This document shows positions 29,948 through 40,500 of a stretch of 64,000 nt of DNA, piece by piece. The notes beneath the pieces are model-generated. The model saw only the letters and a list, made by a program, of their open reading frames with translations. It was not told the DNA's origin and searched no databases. Every line of letters begins with the position of its first letter. The stretch's first letter is position 1. Both the position numbers and the translations under genes were made by a program. Source of the DNA: an uncultured virus (IMG/VR IMGVR_UViG_2823577039_000003) (Duplodnaviria > Heunggongvirae > Uroviricota > Caudoviricetes). Location: the IMG/VR virus record IMGVR_UViG_2823577039_000003; one strand, written 5' to 3'.

Positions 29948-31084
29948 ATGAAGAAATACAACTGTCCTAAATGGCAGCATAAAAAGGTGATTACACTGAC
30001 TAACTTTGACCCAATACAGAACTATATTTATAGCAAGCGAAACGGTGGACTGCGAGTATCCTTGGGTGGACTAAACCCAACTGGCGCATCCTGTGAGATA
30101 ACTAACGAAAAAGGCAACCGTGTGTTGATTGGCAAATGCCACCGACAAGTATGGTATAGTAAAAAGAGAGTTCCACGAACCAATGAATCTGATGATATGA
30201 GTATGATCCGCTTCGGTATTGGTGATGCTTATGAAGAAGAACTACAACAACACTGGGAGAAACAAGGTATTCTCTTGGCTTCCAATCTTAAACTGAAAGC
30301 ACCTATTGGAGTCTGTTCAGATGGTGAGCAGATTGACATGAGTGGTGAAATTGACGCTATTCTAAGAATGTGTGAGATGGATGAGTATGGGCGAGTAACA
30401 TCTATGAATATGGATGAAGCCATCGCTATTGAAGTTAAATCTACTCGTGGATATTTTAGTGAGAAGGGACTCATGGGTAAAGGCAATAAGATTTATCCTA
30501 TTGGTTATCCTAAGTTGGAACACTTAATGCAGACTGGAATGTATTTACATACTCGTAAGGTAGTAGAAGATACTTACGGTGTCAAAATCCCTTATGCCGT
30601 GATTGTGTATGGTTTAGTAGACTCTTGTAAGACCAATCAATTCCGCATTGAGTTATCAAATGACTATGATGGTGAAATCTTAGTTAAAACTATGGATGGC
30701 AGACCTATCGTGCCACAAACCGATCCTATGGAACAGTTGAAAGACCCTAATGGTAAAACTAATGTGCCTATTGGTGGACTAACTATTGAAAACATTTTGG
30801 CTCGCTATGTGGAATCCTATGAGAAACTCAAGGCCGATAGTCCCCCAGACCGTGATTTCAGCCTTCGTTATTCCGATGAAGTGTTTGAAGAACTGAAGAA
30901 GCAAGGTGAACTTACCAAAACCAAGATGGCTGCTTTTGAAAAGAATGCTACTAATCCTGTAGGTGACTGGCAGTGTTCTTATTGTGATTGGAAAGATGAG
31001 TGCTATCCTTTTGGTGTGATGACTGAACTGGTGGAATCTGGTGGCATCACTAAAGAAGATGCTATGCGTGAACTCGGTTTCTGA
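29948..31084 (+). CDS. Cas4-like PD-(D/E)XK exonuclease with Fe-S cysteines
   Basis: C.RQ.WY, SGEIDAI, IEVKS, Q...Y, CSYCDWKDEC; start uncertain. Confidence 0.8.
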   Translation: MKKYNCPKWQHKKVITLTNFDPIQNYIYSKRNGGLRVSLGGLNPTGASCEITNEKGNRVLIGKCHRQVWYSKKRVPRTNESDDMSMIRFGIGDAYEEELQQHWEKQGILLASNLKLKAPIGVCSDGEQIDMSGEIDAILRMCEMDEYGRVTSMNMDEAIAIEVKSTRGYFSEKGLMGKGNKIYPIGYPKLEHLMQTGMYLHTRKVVEDTYGVKIPYAVIVYGLVDSCKTNQFRIELSNDYDGEILVKTMDGRPIVPQTDPMEQLKDPNGKTNVPIGGLTIENILARYVESYEKLKADSPPDRDFSLRYSDEVFEELKKQGELTKTKMAAFEKNATNPVGDWQCSYCDWKDECYPFGVMTELVESGGITKEDAMRELGF

Positions 31085-31169
31085 TTTATTAGAGAAGCGC
31101 ACTTCTCAGGGGAAAGGATAAATCAGCGATATCGCTAACTACATATAGTTAGTGTGTCCATTATATTCC

Positions 31170-31541
31170 ATGGATTCTATTAATTTTGCTTTCATTGTCC
31201 CCGGCGATGAGTATAATGACGATTGTCATCAGTGTGCAGAACTATGGGAAGAATCCGAAAAGCGACCAGAAGATCTTCGTCGTATTAGAAGTGCTCATAA
31301 TAATTGTCATGGTTGGACTCATTGTGAGATTGATTGTTGCGGTCCATGTCCTTATTGTGGCTGGTGTGAGGGTATAGAAGAATATTATGATAATCCAATC
31401 CGATTTGATAAAGTATTGAACCGTGTAGTAGAAATGACTGATGAAGAACTGGAAGAAGCCAAGAAATATGTTCCTGCTGACTTAGAAGATGTTGATAATA
31501 CTGATTGGTCTCTGGACGAAGCCTTTGAAAGATCTCGTTAA
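31170..31541 (+). CDS. Cys/His-rich hypothetical protein
   Basis: CHQC...H..CH...C...CCGPCPYC; promoter 22 nt upstream. Confidence 0.6.
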   Translation: MDSINFAFIVPGDEYNDDCHQCAELWEESEKRPEDLRRIRSAHNNCHGWTHCEIDCCGPCPYCGWCEGIEEYYDNPIRFDKVLNRVVEMTDEELEEAKKYVPADLEDVDNTDWSLDEAFERSR

Positions 31542-32635
31542 GAGGCTAATTTATTTATAATTAGTAAACCAAACAATCCTGCTGCGCCGTAGCCAATCCA
31601 CTTAAGGTTGTTGCTGTCCTCACCATTGTCGTCACCGTTATCTCCATTATCTCCATTGTCGTCATCTTCATCGTCAATGTCATCATCATTGATGTCATCG
31701 TCACCACCATTATCGGTTTCACAGATTCTGCTAATTTGGTCAGGCCAGTCATCATCACCTAAATTGCCTTCGGTAACTGAATCATTGTATTGAGCAGTCA
31801 CATGAGCACTACCTACAGTATCAGCCTCGTTGCGAGTTTCATAATAAGTAGTTTGCATTTCTTGACCTGTGGCACAATTATAGGTAATTAACTTGTAGGG
31901 CAGGGATTCTCCCACTTTTTGATAAATCTTGTATGCTGCGTTGCCCTCGGTAGAACTACCTAATTGCTTTTTCCACACTTCTACGGCATTACCATTACCG
32001 TCTGCATAACCTGAAGTGCAGGAATGTTGTTTCTTGTAGACGGGTGCTTCGTGACATCCCTCACCCATTATTTGTTCTAAATACCATTTGCCACATTGGT
32101 TTTTGGTAATGGTGACGTTACCAATACAATAAGAAGTGTTTTGTAGTTCCCAACTACTGGATCCAGTATCGCTTCCCGCTAAAGGAATAAATGCACCGTC
32201 AGCAACTCCTATGGCTTGTGGACCAGAATTATCGTATCCCATTAAAAAGTTCTTACGGGTTTGACAACCGCTGGCGGCAGAAGAACCGAAAGCAAACTCC
32301 GTAGTTGGATTAAAATAAAATACTTGGTGTCTTAAATCACCTTCAGTATCTGTAAATCTAATGTGCCAAGCGTAAGAACAGCCTGTAATATTGGTATCAG
32401 TAACTTGCGTTTGAGGGGTTTGGGTTTGCACGATAGCCTCTACTTCGTCAATCTGCCTCCCATCAGTCCACCAATTTGGACCCCAACAATTGTTAAAGAA
32501 GGAAGTAAATGCATTAGTGACCCAAGTTTTTGTATTGCTAAAACTATTGACATATGACCTAAATATAAGATCTTGATTGGGTTCTGTGCCAAATAATTCT
32601 AATGGAGTCCCGAAAAGAGATGCTAATAATATCAT
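31538..32635 (-). CDS. Surface or virion protein with Asp-rich linker and C-terminal TM
   Basis: DDDINDDDIDDEDDDNGDNG linker; WIGYGAAGLFGLLII. Confidence 0.7.
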   Translation of the reverse strand: MILLASLFGTPLELFGTEPNQDLIFRSYVNSFSNTKTWVTNAFTSFFNNCWGPNWWTDGRQIDEVEAIVQTQTPQTQVTDTNITGCSYAWHIRFTDTEGDLRHQVFYFNPTTEFAFGSSAASGCQTRKNFLMGYDNSGPQAIGVADGAFIPLAGSDTGSSSWELQNTSYCIGNVTITKNQCGKWYLEQIMGEGCHEAPVYKKQHSCTSGYADGNGNAVEVWKKQLGSSTEGNAAYKIYQKVGESLPYKLITYNCATGQEMQTTYYETRNEADTVGSAHVTAQYNDSVTEGNLGDDDWPDQISRICETDNGGDDDINDDDIDDEDDDNGDNGDNGDDNGEDSNNLKWIGYGAAGLFGLLIINKLAS

Positions 32636-33429
32636 AGTAATCTCCCCACAATAACTGTAATATCATCTGGCTTACCGCCCATGTATTCTACCAGTGGTGC
32701 AGGTGGAGGTGTAAACTCGGGGTCTTCGGCATATGGTGAAGCGGAATACAGGTTTTCTACCGAGGCTTGACTGAAAGGTGCCCATCGTTTATTATCATTA
32801 GAAGCATGGAACGCACTCACGGCTAAATTAGCAGCGATATCTTCGGGATGCAAATCATTATCCAAGAACTTAAGGATTTCTTTATGATAAAGATTGTCCC
32901 AGAGACCGTCGGTGGCTAATATAATTATATCTCCTGACTTCAGTTTGGTAAGCAACTTACGATCTGCGTCGGAAGGAACAGCATCTTTTTCAGAACTTAA
33001 AGAGTAAGGGTAGTTAAACATATATTCTTGTTGCTGTGTTTCAAATAAAAGTTCATCGTCACGATACAAAGCGACAGCCGAGTCACCTAAATTAGCAATA
33101 GCAATACTTCGGGGACCATTTTTTACAGCCAAACAAGCCGTGCAACTACCTTCGTGTCCAGAAACCTGTGCGTTGCGGTAACCTTCACTTAACACCGCAA
33201 TAGGTCCTGTGATGCCATCCATAATAGCAGACGAGCATCCATCGGCTACAGCCATACTCCAATAAATAGGATTGATATTTTCATCTTGCCAAGCCCCTAC
33301 GCCATCAAAGACTCCAGCAGAAGGCATATTAGCATCATTTATAACAAACCAAGTGTCTTCCCCATCGCCCTTGTCAGGGTGGGGGACGTTAGAAACACCC
33401 CATTCAATGCGTAAAGCAGGCTCAGCCAT
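32632..33429 (-). CDS. PP2C/PPM protein phosphatase (PTC7-like)
   Basis: GED, VFDGVG, GSCTAC, ANLGDS, ATDGLWDNL, GGKPDDITV. Confidence 0.9.
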   Translation of the reverse strand: MAEPALRIEWGVSNVPHPDKGDGEDTWFVINDANMPSAGVFDGVGAWQDENINPIYWSMAVADGCSSAIMDGITGPIAVLSEGYRNAQVSGHEGSCTACLAVKNGPRSIAIANLGDSAVALYRDDELLFETQQQEYMFNYPYSLSSEKDAVPSDADRKLLTKLKSGDIIILATDGLWDNLYHKEILKFLDNDLHPEDIAANLAVSAFHASNDNKRWAPFSQASVENLYSASPYAEDPEFTPPPAPLVEYMGGKPDDITVIVGRLL

Positions 33430-33508
33430 ATGTTTAATATGGCCTCACGACTACTTATATTTGCGGGTTGATGGAAAGTATAAGAGGGTGATACAACCAA
33501 GGGATACT

Positions 33509-35725
33509 ATGTTCGTTGATATTGTTGTTCGTGGCAATTGTTGGCCTTATCGTGACATTCTCAAAGATACATATAATTTGTATTGGAACAAAAAACGCAA
33601 ATGCTATACTGGAAGAGTGGACATCCGTGGCAGGAAGGTCAAGAATCTGGAAAAGTTCTGTTCTACATTTAATCTTAAGTTATGGGTGGCTGGACAAATA
33701 GTCACTTTAGAACCTGAAGTAGAAGAAGACGACGATTTCATTGAGGTCGGTGAATATGATGCCACACAATTAGGAAAGATCGGTAACCGAACTTTTGGTA
33801 TGTTACAGAATAGCAAACATAATAAAATTATTGTTAAAAAGGAAGACCAACCGTTATGGGACGTGGCTGAATACTTCGCAGGCACACGATTTCCCACCCC
33901 TCGTTTAGAACAACAGCAAGTTACTCCCTTGATTGTGAAAGCCTTGGAAGATGGTTATCAAAATATAATTATTGAATGTCCTGTAGGTTCAGGTAAATCT
34001 GCTATGGCTATGGTTGTCCCTAAAATGTTTGATGCCACTGCTTATATTGTGACCCCACTCAAAGGATTGCAGAAACAATACTTAACTGAAATGCCATTTA
34101 TGCGTTCTGTCATGGGTAAAGGTAATTATGATTGTGAATTAGATGTAGAGCCTAATTGTAGGTCTGAACCCGAGGCCCAGAAAGCCGTAGAAGCACGAAA
34201 GATGAAACTACCTATGGCTACTGCAGGATGTAGTGCTGATTTAGCACCTTGTAGCAATATTGGATTCAAATGTGACTTCCGACTACCCAGTAAAAATAAA
34301 AGTATTGATTGGGGCACTGAGCGCAATAAGTTGTGTGATTACTATGGTGCTTTACACGAGGCTCATCACAATAGATATTTCGTAGGCAACACTCATTATC
34401 TGATGGGTATGAATCAAAGCGATGCATATCTAAGACAAAGAGATTTATTGATTATTGATGAAGCCCATACTCTACCACATAACATGGCTGATTTCTACTC
34501 TTTCGATCTGAGCATTAAGAAAATGGAACGACTGTTAGGTATACCTACATTTAATGATATTATGGAAGCCATTGATGAAAAGGCTGTTAATATGCAGAAC
34601 CAACGCAACATGATGCTGACTCCATGGAATCCTTCAACCTCTCCTACTACTTGGGGAATGCCTCGTATTGGTAGCATTACTCCCGAAACTGAAGAAAAAC
34701 GTCATAAGATGGGTGCTGCTATCTGGATTGCTTATCTTACTAAGATGGTAAAACACATTAACCAAGAAATAGAAAAGAAGAACTATGATGATAAAACTAT
34801 TCGCTATGCCAATAATAGTAGTAAACATTTAGAAACCTTGATAGAACAACTATCACAAAACCCTCAAAACATTATTTGGCAGTATGATAATGAAGATGAC
34901 CCTGTTTATCTTAACTTTAAGCCTCTGGACATCAGCCACCACAGTAAAGATTTACTGTTAGGTCTCGGTAGTCGCCGTATTTTCATGAGTGGAACTATTG
35001 CTGACGAAAATATATTTATGGAAGAGTTGGGATTAGATCCAAAAAGCACTACTTTCATTAAAGTGGACTACAGTAGTTTCCCACTGCAGAACCGACCTAT
35101 CTATACTACTCTAAAAGGTGGTAATCTAACTCGCAGTAAGCGAAGTGAAGAACAGTATATGAAAACTGCCGAACAAATTGTAGCCATCGCTAAACAATTC
35201 CCAGACCAAAAAGGATTGATTCTACCATATACAGATGAAATTGAAAAGAACTTAGTTGCTGCTGTGGAACATATTGACCGTGGCGTAGCCGATAGGTTAG
35301 TGCAACACGGAAAAGGTGCACGAGAAAGAGATAGTGTCTTTGAGAACTTTGATAAATCTGATGGCAATCAAATACTTTTATCTACTTATGCTAACCAAGG
35401 TTATGATGGTGGCAGTGTTGGTTTTTGTGTAATTCCTAAACTACCCTTCCCAAGTCTGGGCGATGTTAGAATCGTTAAGAAAATGAGGGCTAATCCTAAT
35501 TGGTATAAACTACAAACCGGGGTTATGCTGACACAAATGTTTGGACGCATTGTGAGATCTCCTAAAGATACTGGGAAGATATACATATTAGACCCTGCTT
35601 TTGATTTCCATCTTAATCAAGGTTTTGAAGGTAGCACACCATTGAAACAATTTATTCCTACTTACATGACTGAAGCCATGGACAGCAATACTGCTGCTGG
35701 TGCTAATCAGATGAAGTTATATTAA
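33509..35725 (+). CDS. XPD/DinG-family SF2 helicase
   Basis: PVGSGKS, Cys cluster, IIDEAH, MSGT, QMFGRIVR; start moved to ATG 33509. Confidence 0.9.
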   Translation: MFVDIVVRGNCWPYRDILKDTYNLYWNKKRKCYTGRVDIRGRKVKNLEKFCSTFNLKLWVAGQIVTLEPEVEEDDDFIEVGEYDATQLGKIGNRTFGMLQNSKHNKIIVKKEDQPLWDVAEYFAGTRFPTPRLEQQQVTPLIVKALEDGYQNIIIECPVGSGKSAMAMVVPKMFDATAYIVTPLKGLQKQYLTEMPFMRSVMGKGNYDCELDVEPNCRSEPEAQKAVEARKMKLPMATAGCSADLAPCSNIGFKCDFRLPSKNKSIDWGTERNKLCDYYGALHEAHHNRYFVGNTHYLMGMNQSDAYLRQRDLLIIDEAHTLPHNMADFYSFDLSIKKMERLLGIPTFNDIMEAIDEKAVNMQNQRNMMLTPWNPSTSPTTWGMPRIGSITPETEEKRHKMGAAIWIAYLTKMVKHINQEIEKKNYDDKTIRYANNSSKHLETLIEQLSQNPQNIIWQYDNEDDPVYLNFKPLDISHHSKDLLLGLGSRRIFMSGTIADENIFMEELGLDPKSTTFIKVDYSSFPLQNRPIYTTLKGGNLTRSKRSEEQYMKTAEQIVAIAKQFPDQKGLILPYTDEIEKNLVAAVEHIDRGVADRLVQHGKGARERDSVFENFDKSDGNQILLSTYANQGYDGGSVGFCVIPKLPFPSLGDVRIVKKMRANPNWYKLQTGVMLTQMFGRIVRSPKDTGKIYILDPAFDFHLNQGFEGSTPLKQFIPTYMTEAMDSNTAAGANQMKLY

Positions 35726-35747
35726 GGTAGCAGGGAGATGAAGTAAC

Positions 35748-36251
35748 ATGAAGATTGCAGTATGTGGAAAGATGGCCAGTGGGAAAACAACCTTAGCAGA
35801 TTGGTTTGTAGAACACCATGATTTCCAAAAGATTTCTTTGGCTGCTAAAGTTAAATCTATTGCTGCTGATTTGTTCGGTATGGTTCACAAAGATCGTAGA
35901 TTGCTACAACAGATTGGTATGAAGATGAGAGAAATCAGGGAAGATGTCTGGATTGATTATTTGATTAACCATGAAGGCGATAACTTAATTGTAGATGATG
36001 TTAGATTTATTAACGAGGCTGAGAAACTTAAGGCCGCTGGATGGACTATTGTGAGAATCAACATTGATGATGAGTTGCAGAAAGAAAGGTTGAAGATTAC
36101 TTATCCTGATGATTGGGAAGTGCACTGGAACAGTCGGGGAGATTCTTCCGAAGCCCAAGTAGATTTAATTGCCACTACTTTATTGGATTTAGAGATTAAG
36201 GCTGTAAACCAAGAATGGCCTGAACAAGAACTACTGGGTTTGTTGAGTTAG
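35748..36251 (+). CDS. Deoxynucleoside monophosphate kinase
   Basis: GKMASGKTT, R.LLQ.IG...R, DDVRF.NE. Confidence 0.8.
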   Translation: MKIAVCGKMASGKTTLADWFVEHHDFQKISLAAKVKSIAADLFGMVHKDRRLLQQIGMKMREIREDVWIDYLINHEGDNLIVDDVRFINEAEKLKAAGWTIVRINIDDELQKERLKITYPDDWEVHWNSRGDSSEAQVDLIATTLLDLEIKAVNQEWPEQELLGLLS

Positions 36252-37547
36252 ATTTAACGCTGCTTCCATGCCGGGGTGGAGATTAGGAACTTGTTTCCAT
36301 GCATCTAAAGTTGCCCAACGCCAATCATCCCATTCCCATTTGAACTCATTAATTTCGGGTTCAAACTCGGTGTCTACATAAAACAAATAAGTGCGGTGAG
36401 AACCATCATCCCAAATAATTCTATGATTCCATCTTTTAATAGTGGCTACAGGTAAACCACTTTCTTCATGGATTTCACGAACCACTGCGTCATACGGTGT
36501 TTCGCCTGCGTCCAAAAATCCAGAAATACCTGACCAAGTGTTAGGAGATAAAACTAATTGTGATCTTAATTGTAGACCAATGCGTCCTGCAGGAGAATAA
36601 AAGATACCTGTAGTAGAACGATACTTATCATCCCACTCTACATCAATCCATTCTTCCTGTTGTAAACGAGGTGGTTTAGTGGTGGTCCACTCTATGTCGT
36701 CCCATCGCTCGGCACCAAACAAATCTCTCAGTCTATATCTCTCATTAAAATTATAAAAAGCAAAATTAATGGAGATAGGGAACTCATCTCTGCGATTGTC
36801 TAAATTATCGGGAGAACCCACTTTCCAACCATATCTTTTATCAAACATCTCTTGGTTCATGGCTTCGCTATTAAACAAACCATAGCCATGACGTTCTGTA
36901 AAATATTTACCAGACTCAATAGCCTTGCGATAAGAGGTCGGGTAGGCTACTACTTCTTCATGACATTGTTCTAATGCTTGTTGGCTAAAACCGGGAAATC
37001 CTCGTCTGCGAGCCACCATAGGATCGAACCACACAGGTTCACCATGTATATTATAACCGATATTACGAGGGTCAATTAAATCCCGAACCCACCAACCAGA
37101 GTCGTATAGATAGGTTACCATGGCCTCATAAATAGATTGTTCTTCCAATTGGTTGCCTTTATCTTTAAGATTACGACCACAAAATTGATTTTGGGCTATG
37201 CAGGGCAACCGTTCCATATTGACGATTCCATATTCAGTGCCTGCAGGGAAGGTAGTTCTTACTCGTCTCCGAGCCTCAGAATCGGTAGTAGTATAACTAA
37301 GTATATTTAAAATGTTGGTGTTCATGATGCCACGAAACGTTTGAAAGACAAAAGGAAGACCCGGGGTCCGGATTCCTTGGTCTTGGTGATTCATAATTTG
37401 AATAAACATATTATATTGTTGTAGATTGCAGGGATTACTAAGATTCATAATCTTAACGACGCTACCATCTGGACCATTGATTTCAGTTTCATCTTCATAA
37501 ACAAAGCCATAATCGCCATAGCCAACAAGGTTACCGAACACGGTCAC
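36231..37547 (-). CDS. Protein-kinase-like domain fused to Nudix hydrolase
   Basis: GYGDYGFVY, VVKI, MERL, RDL...NIG, FDP; Nudix box GFLDAGETPYDAVVREIHEESGL. Confidence 0.8.
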   Translation of the reverse strand: MTVFGNLVGYGDYGFVYEDETEINGPDGSVVKIMNLSNPCNLQQYNMFIQIMNHQDQGIRTPGLPFVFQTFRGIMNTNILNILSYTTTDSEARRRVRTTFPAGTEYGIVNMERLPCIAQNQFCGRNLKDKGNQLEEQSIYEAMVTYLYDSGWWVRDLIDPRNIGYNIHGEPVWFDPMVARRRGFPGFSQQALEQCHEEVVAYPTSYRKAIESGKYFTERHGYGLFNSEAMNQEMFDKRYGWKVGSPDNLDNRRDEFPISINFAFYNFNERYRLRDLFGAERWDDIEWTTTKPPRLQQEEWIDVEWDDKYRSTTGIFYSPAGRIGLQLRSQLVLSPNTWSGISGFLDAGETPYDAVVREIHEESGLPVATIKRWNHRIIWDDGSHRTYLFYVDTEFEPEINEFKWEWDDWRWATLDAWKQVPNLHPGMEAALNLTQQTQ

Positions 37548-40500
37548 TCCTCCTTGGCAACTATAGTTATTTGGTCTAACGCCTTTTTCGTCCGTGCTAA
37601 TTGATTAATTAGTTTACTGGCTTGACGACGATTAAGATCTGGATGTGGGTCACCACCTAATCGCTTAATATAATTACGTTGTTTCTCAGTAGCCAAGTCA
37701 TACCATGCATTGAACTCACGAGTTTCTGCTTCCATGGACTGATTCTTGTTACGAGATATTAACCATTTGTTATCTTGCCAATGCACTAAAGTATATTTAC
37801 CTTGATACTTGCCATCATTAACATAAAACACCCATTTTTTAGGACTGTAAGAAACAGTTTGGAAGGTAGATTTATTATCTAATGATACTTTACCAGCACC
37901 ATAACTGCCTTCGGGAATGTCTCCATCAAAATCTAACCATGACATATTATGGTCAGAAGTGGCAATAGCCAAATGACGTTTATCTGTCGGCATTCCTTTA
38001 GGAATACTCCACGATTTCAAAACACCATCTCGTTCTAACCTCAGATCATAATGCAATCCTGCTCGGTGGGCATCATGTCGTTGCACTCCAAATACTTTAC
38101 TATCTTTAGATTCGGCACCGAATAAACTACCTAATCCTTCAAACACGAATGGTTTTTCATAGTTGTAATGGGCCAGATTAATAGCCATAGGGGTTTCCAG
38201 TGAAATCATACCCTCAGCAACCTGATCAATACCATCAAAGTATCCGTTTTCCTGTTCTCTTTTATTAAAAACTTCTTCTATCAAACCTTCAGATTTCTTT
38301 TCGTCCATCTTTTTCTGAAGTTCTCTAAGTTTTTCCATTTCTGGACCTCGGCCAAACATAATATCAGGGATATTAGATTTAGTAGTCATGATTAACATCT
38401 GATAATCTCTCCAAGTGCGGTTAGAGTTTTCCCAAGCGGCTATGGCCTCTGGACCTGCCATCATACCAGCCAATGCTTCTGCAGTTCCACATTCCGAACA
38501 GATTTCGGTTTCGTTATCATAACGGGCTAATGCGCCGGGGTAAGCACCCGGGGTTTGGTTGTTGGGAATATAACTATAACAGATTGGACAGATGGGTCCA
38601 AGTTCTGATTCTGCACCTAACGCTGTAGGTCCGAAACTATATTTTAAGGAATCGGTAGTATAATCTCCAGTGATTGCCGAAGAAGTCATCAACTCTTGGG
38701 TAGTATATTCATTTAACATTTGTGTAGGTTGGTAAGGTGCCTCAAACTCAGCACGGTAATCGGCCACTACATTCTGAATATCTTTACTATATGAGGCTCT
38801 TTGCTTGCCAGCCTTGGTTGCAGCACGTTTCTGACGAGTAGCCTTGGCATACAATCCCTTTTTCTTGAGTGCTTTGACAGCACCAGCAGGGAAATAAGGT
38901 TCACCAGTTACTGAGGATTTTTTACCCGAGGCTGTGCCCCACTTTTGTTTACTCCAATTGCTGAGATCTTGTTGCTTGGAAGTTTTCTTACCTTTGTAGG
39001 CTCGCAATCCTCTACGCTCACAAGCAGCCTCATACTTTTGTTTCAATAATTGTGATTTACGAGCAGACCATTGTCCTGCTTTCGTGCCATGAGTAGCCTT
39101 GGCTTTGATTTGTTTCTTAAGTTTACGACGAATCTTGGCTTGTTCCTTGCCATAGGTAGCCTCATAATTATCTTCGGCATCAAAGGAAGCACGGCGACCA
39201 AATATATCTAACCACTTCTGTTCCATAAGTCTAACACAATCATTACATAACCACCATGCACCATATTCAGGGTCATCTGAATCTCGGGTGACTCCATAAT
39301 CTTTCAAACCAGCATAACCACGTTGGTCTTTTTCAGCACCTGAACGCAAACACTGATAACATTTAACACCCATATTGAGTTTACCTGTATCATCACGATG
39401 GTAGTCAATAGATTTATCTTCTGCACTCAAAGATTCTTGATTGGCCATTTGGAGGGCTAAACAATCAATACCTCTTGCCAGCAGTTGGGCATCCGTGAGG
39501 TTTTTCAGTTCGGGATAAGTTCGTAAATCATTGAGATAATCCATATAGTCCAACCTATCTTCAGCACCTAAATTAATAGGCAAACAATCATAACAATAAG
39601 TTCCTGCCTGAATGGTAGTCAAACCTTCTTGGGTCTGACATTCACAACACTCTCTTTTATCTTCAGCCTTTTTAGTAGTTTTCTTTTTAGATTTAGAGAA
39701 GCCTTGTCTTTGGGCTGGGTCTTTGTAGGGTCTACCCAAGGCTGTAAATATATCTGCTTCGGTAGCACCTGCTAAGTATTGGTCGGTATTACGATCAAAC
39801 AATCCATACTCACTTAACTTAAGTCCCTTGCGTTTCGCCATCCATCTATATTTAATGTTAAAATCAGCAGGTCCTGTGAAATACAAGATGGTAGCACCCC
39901 AAGCCGCCGGGGTGGTGACCTTAAAGTCTACTTTTTCGCCATCTATAATTACTTGGGCTTTATTTTCGCCTACCCAATTAACTCCTTCGTTGGCTGGTAA
40001 CATATTAGGAAGAGTGTATCCCTCTTTAGGAATAATAACGAAATCAATGTCTCCAATCATCTGTGCACCACGACGGTAAGACCCACAAGCCATCATTTTA
40101 TCTACCATGGGACGAAGGTGGTTTTCTACTTTGGTAACAATTTTATCTGCTTTGGCACGAGGAAACTTAACTTTAGTCTGTTTCGGGGCAGGAGCCTCAA
40201 ACTCTTCTTGGAATCCAGAATCAAAACCTTTCGGTTGCAGACAGTTATCCCGTGCCATACGCACGGCATCAGGGTCATTACCTGTAAACTCACCATATTT
40301 ATGTCGCACTAATAAATCTTTACTGTAATACGGATCGGCTAATCGTGGACCATAGATACCAATCTCGTAAACAACTTTTCTTCCTAAAATTAAGCCACAC
40401 ATTTGTGCTAAAGCCAAATTAAAATTATTTTGACGTGATAAAATCTCTTCCTTGCCATTAGGCATTCGTAAATAAACTTCGTATGTAGAATCACGATGAT

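Noticed and set aside
29948..31084. Cas4-like gene as evidence of a CRISPR-Cas system
   Set aside because: No other cas genes and no repeat-spacer array seen; stand-alone Cas4-like nucleases are common in archaeal viruses
33272..33508. N-terminal extension of the helicase in the ORF track
   Set aside because: Overlaps the PP2C gene on the opposite strand; the promoter at ~33479 supports ATG 33509
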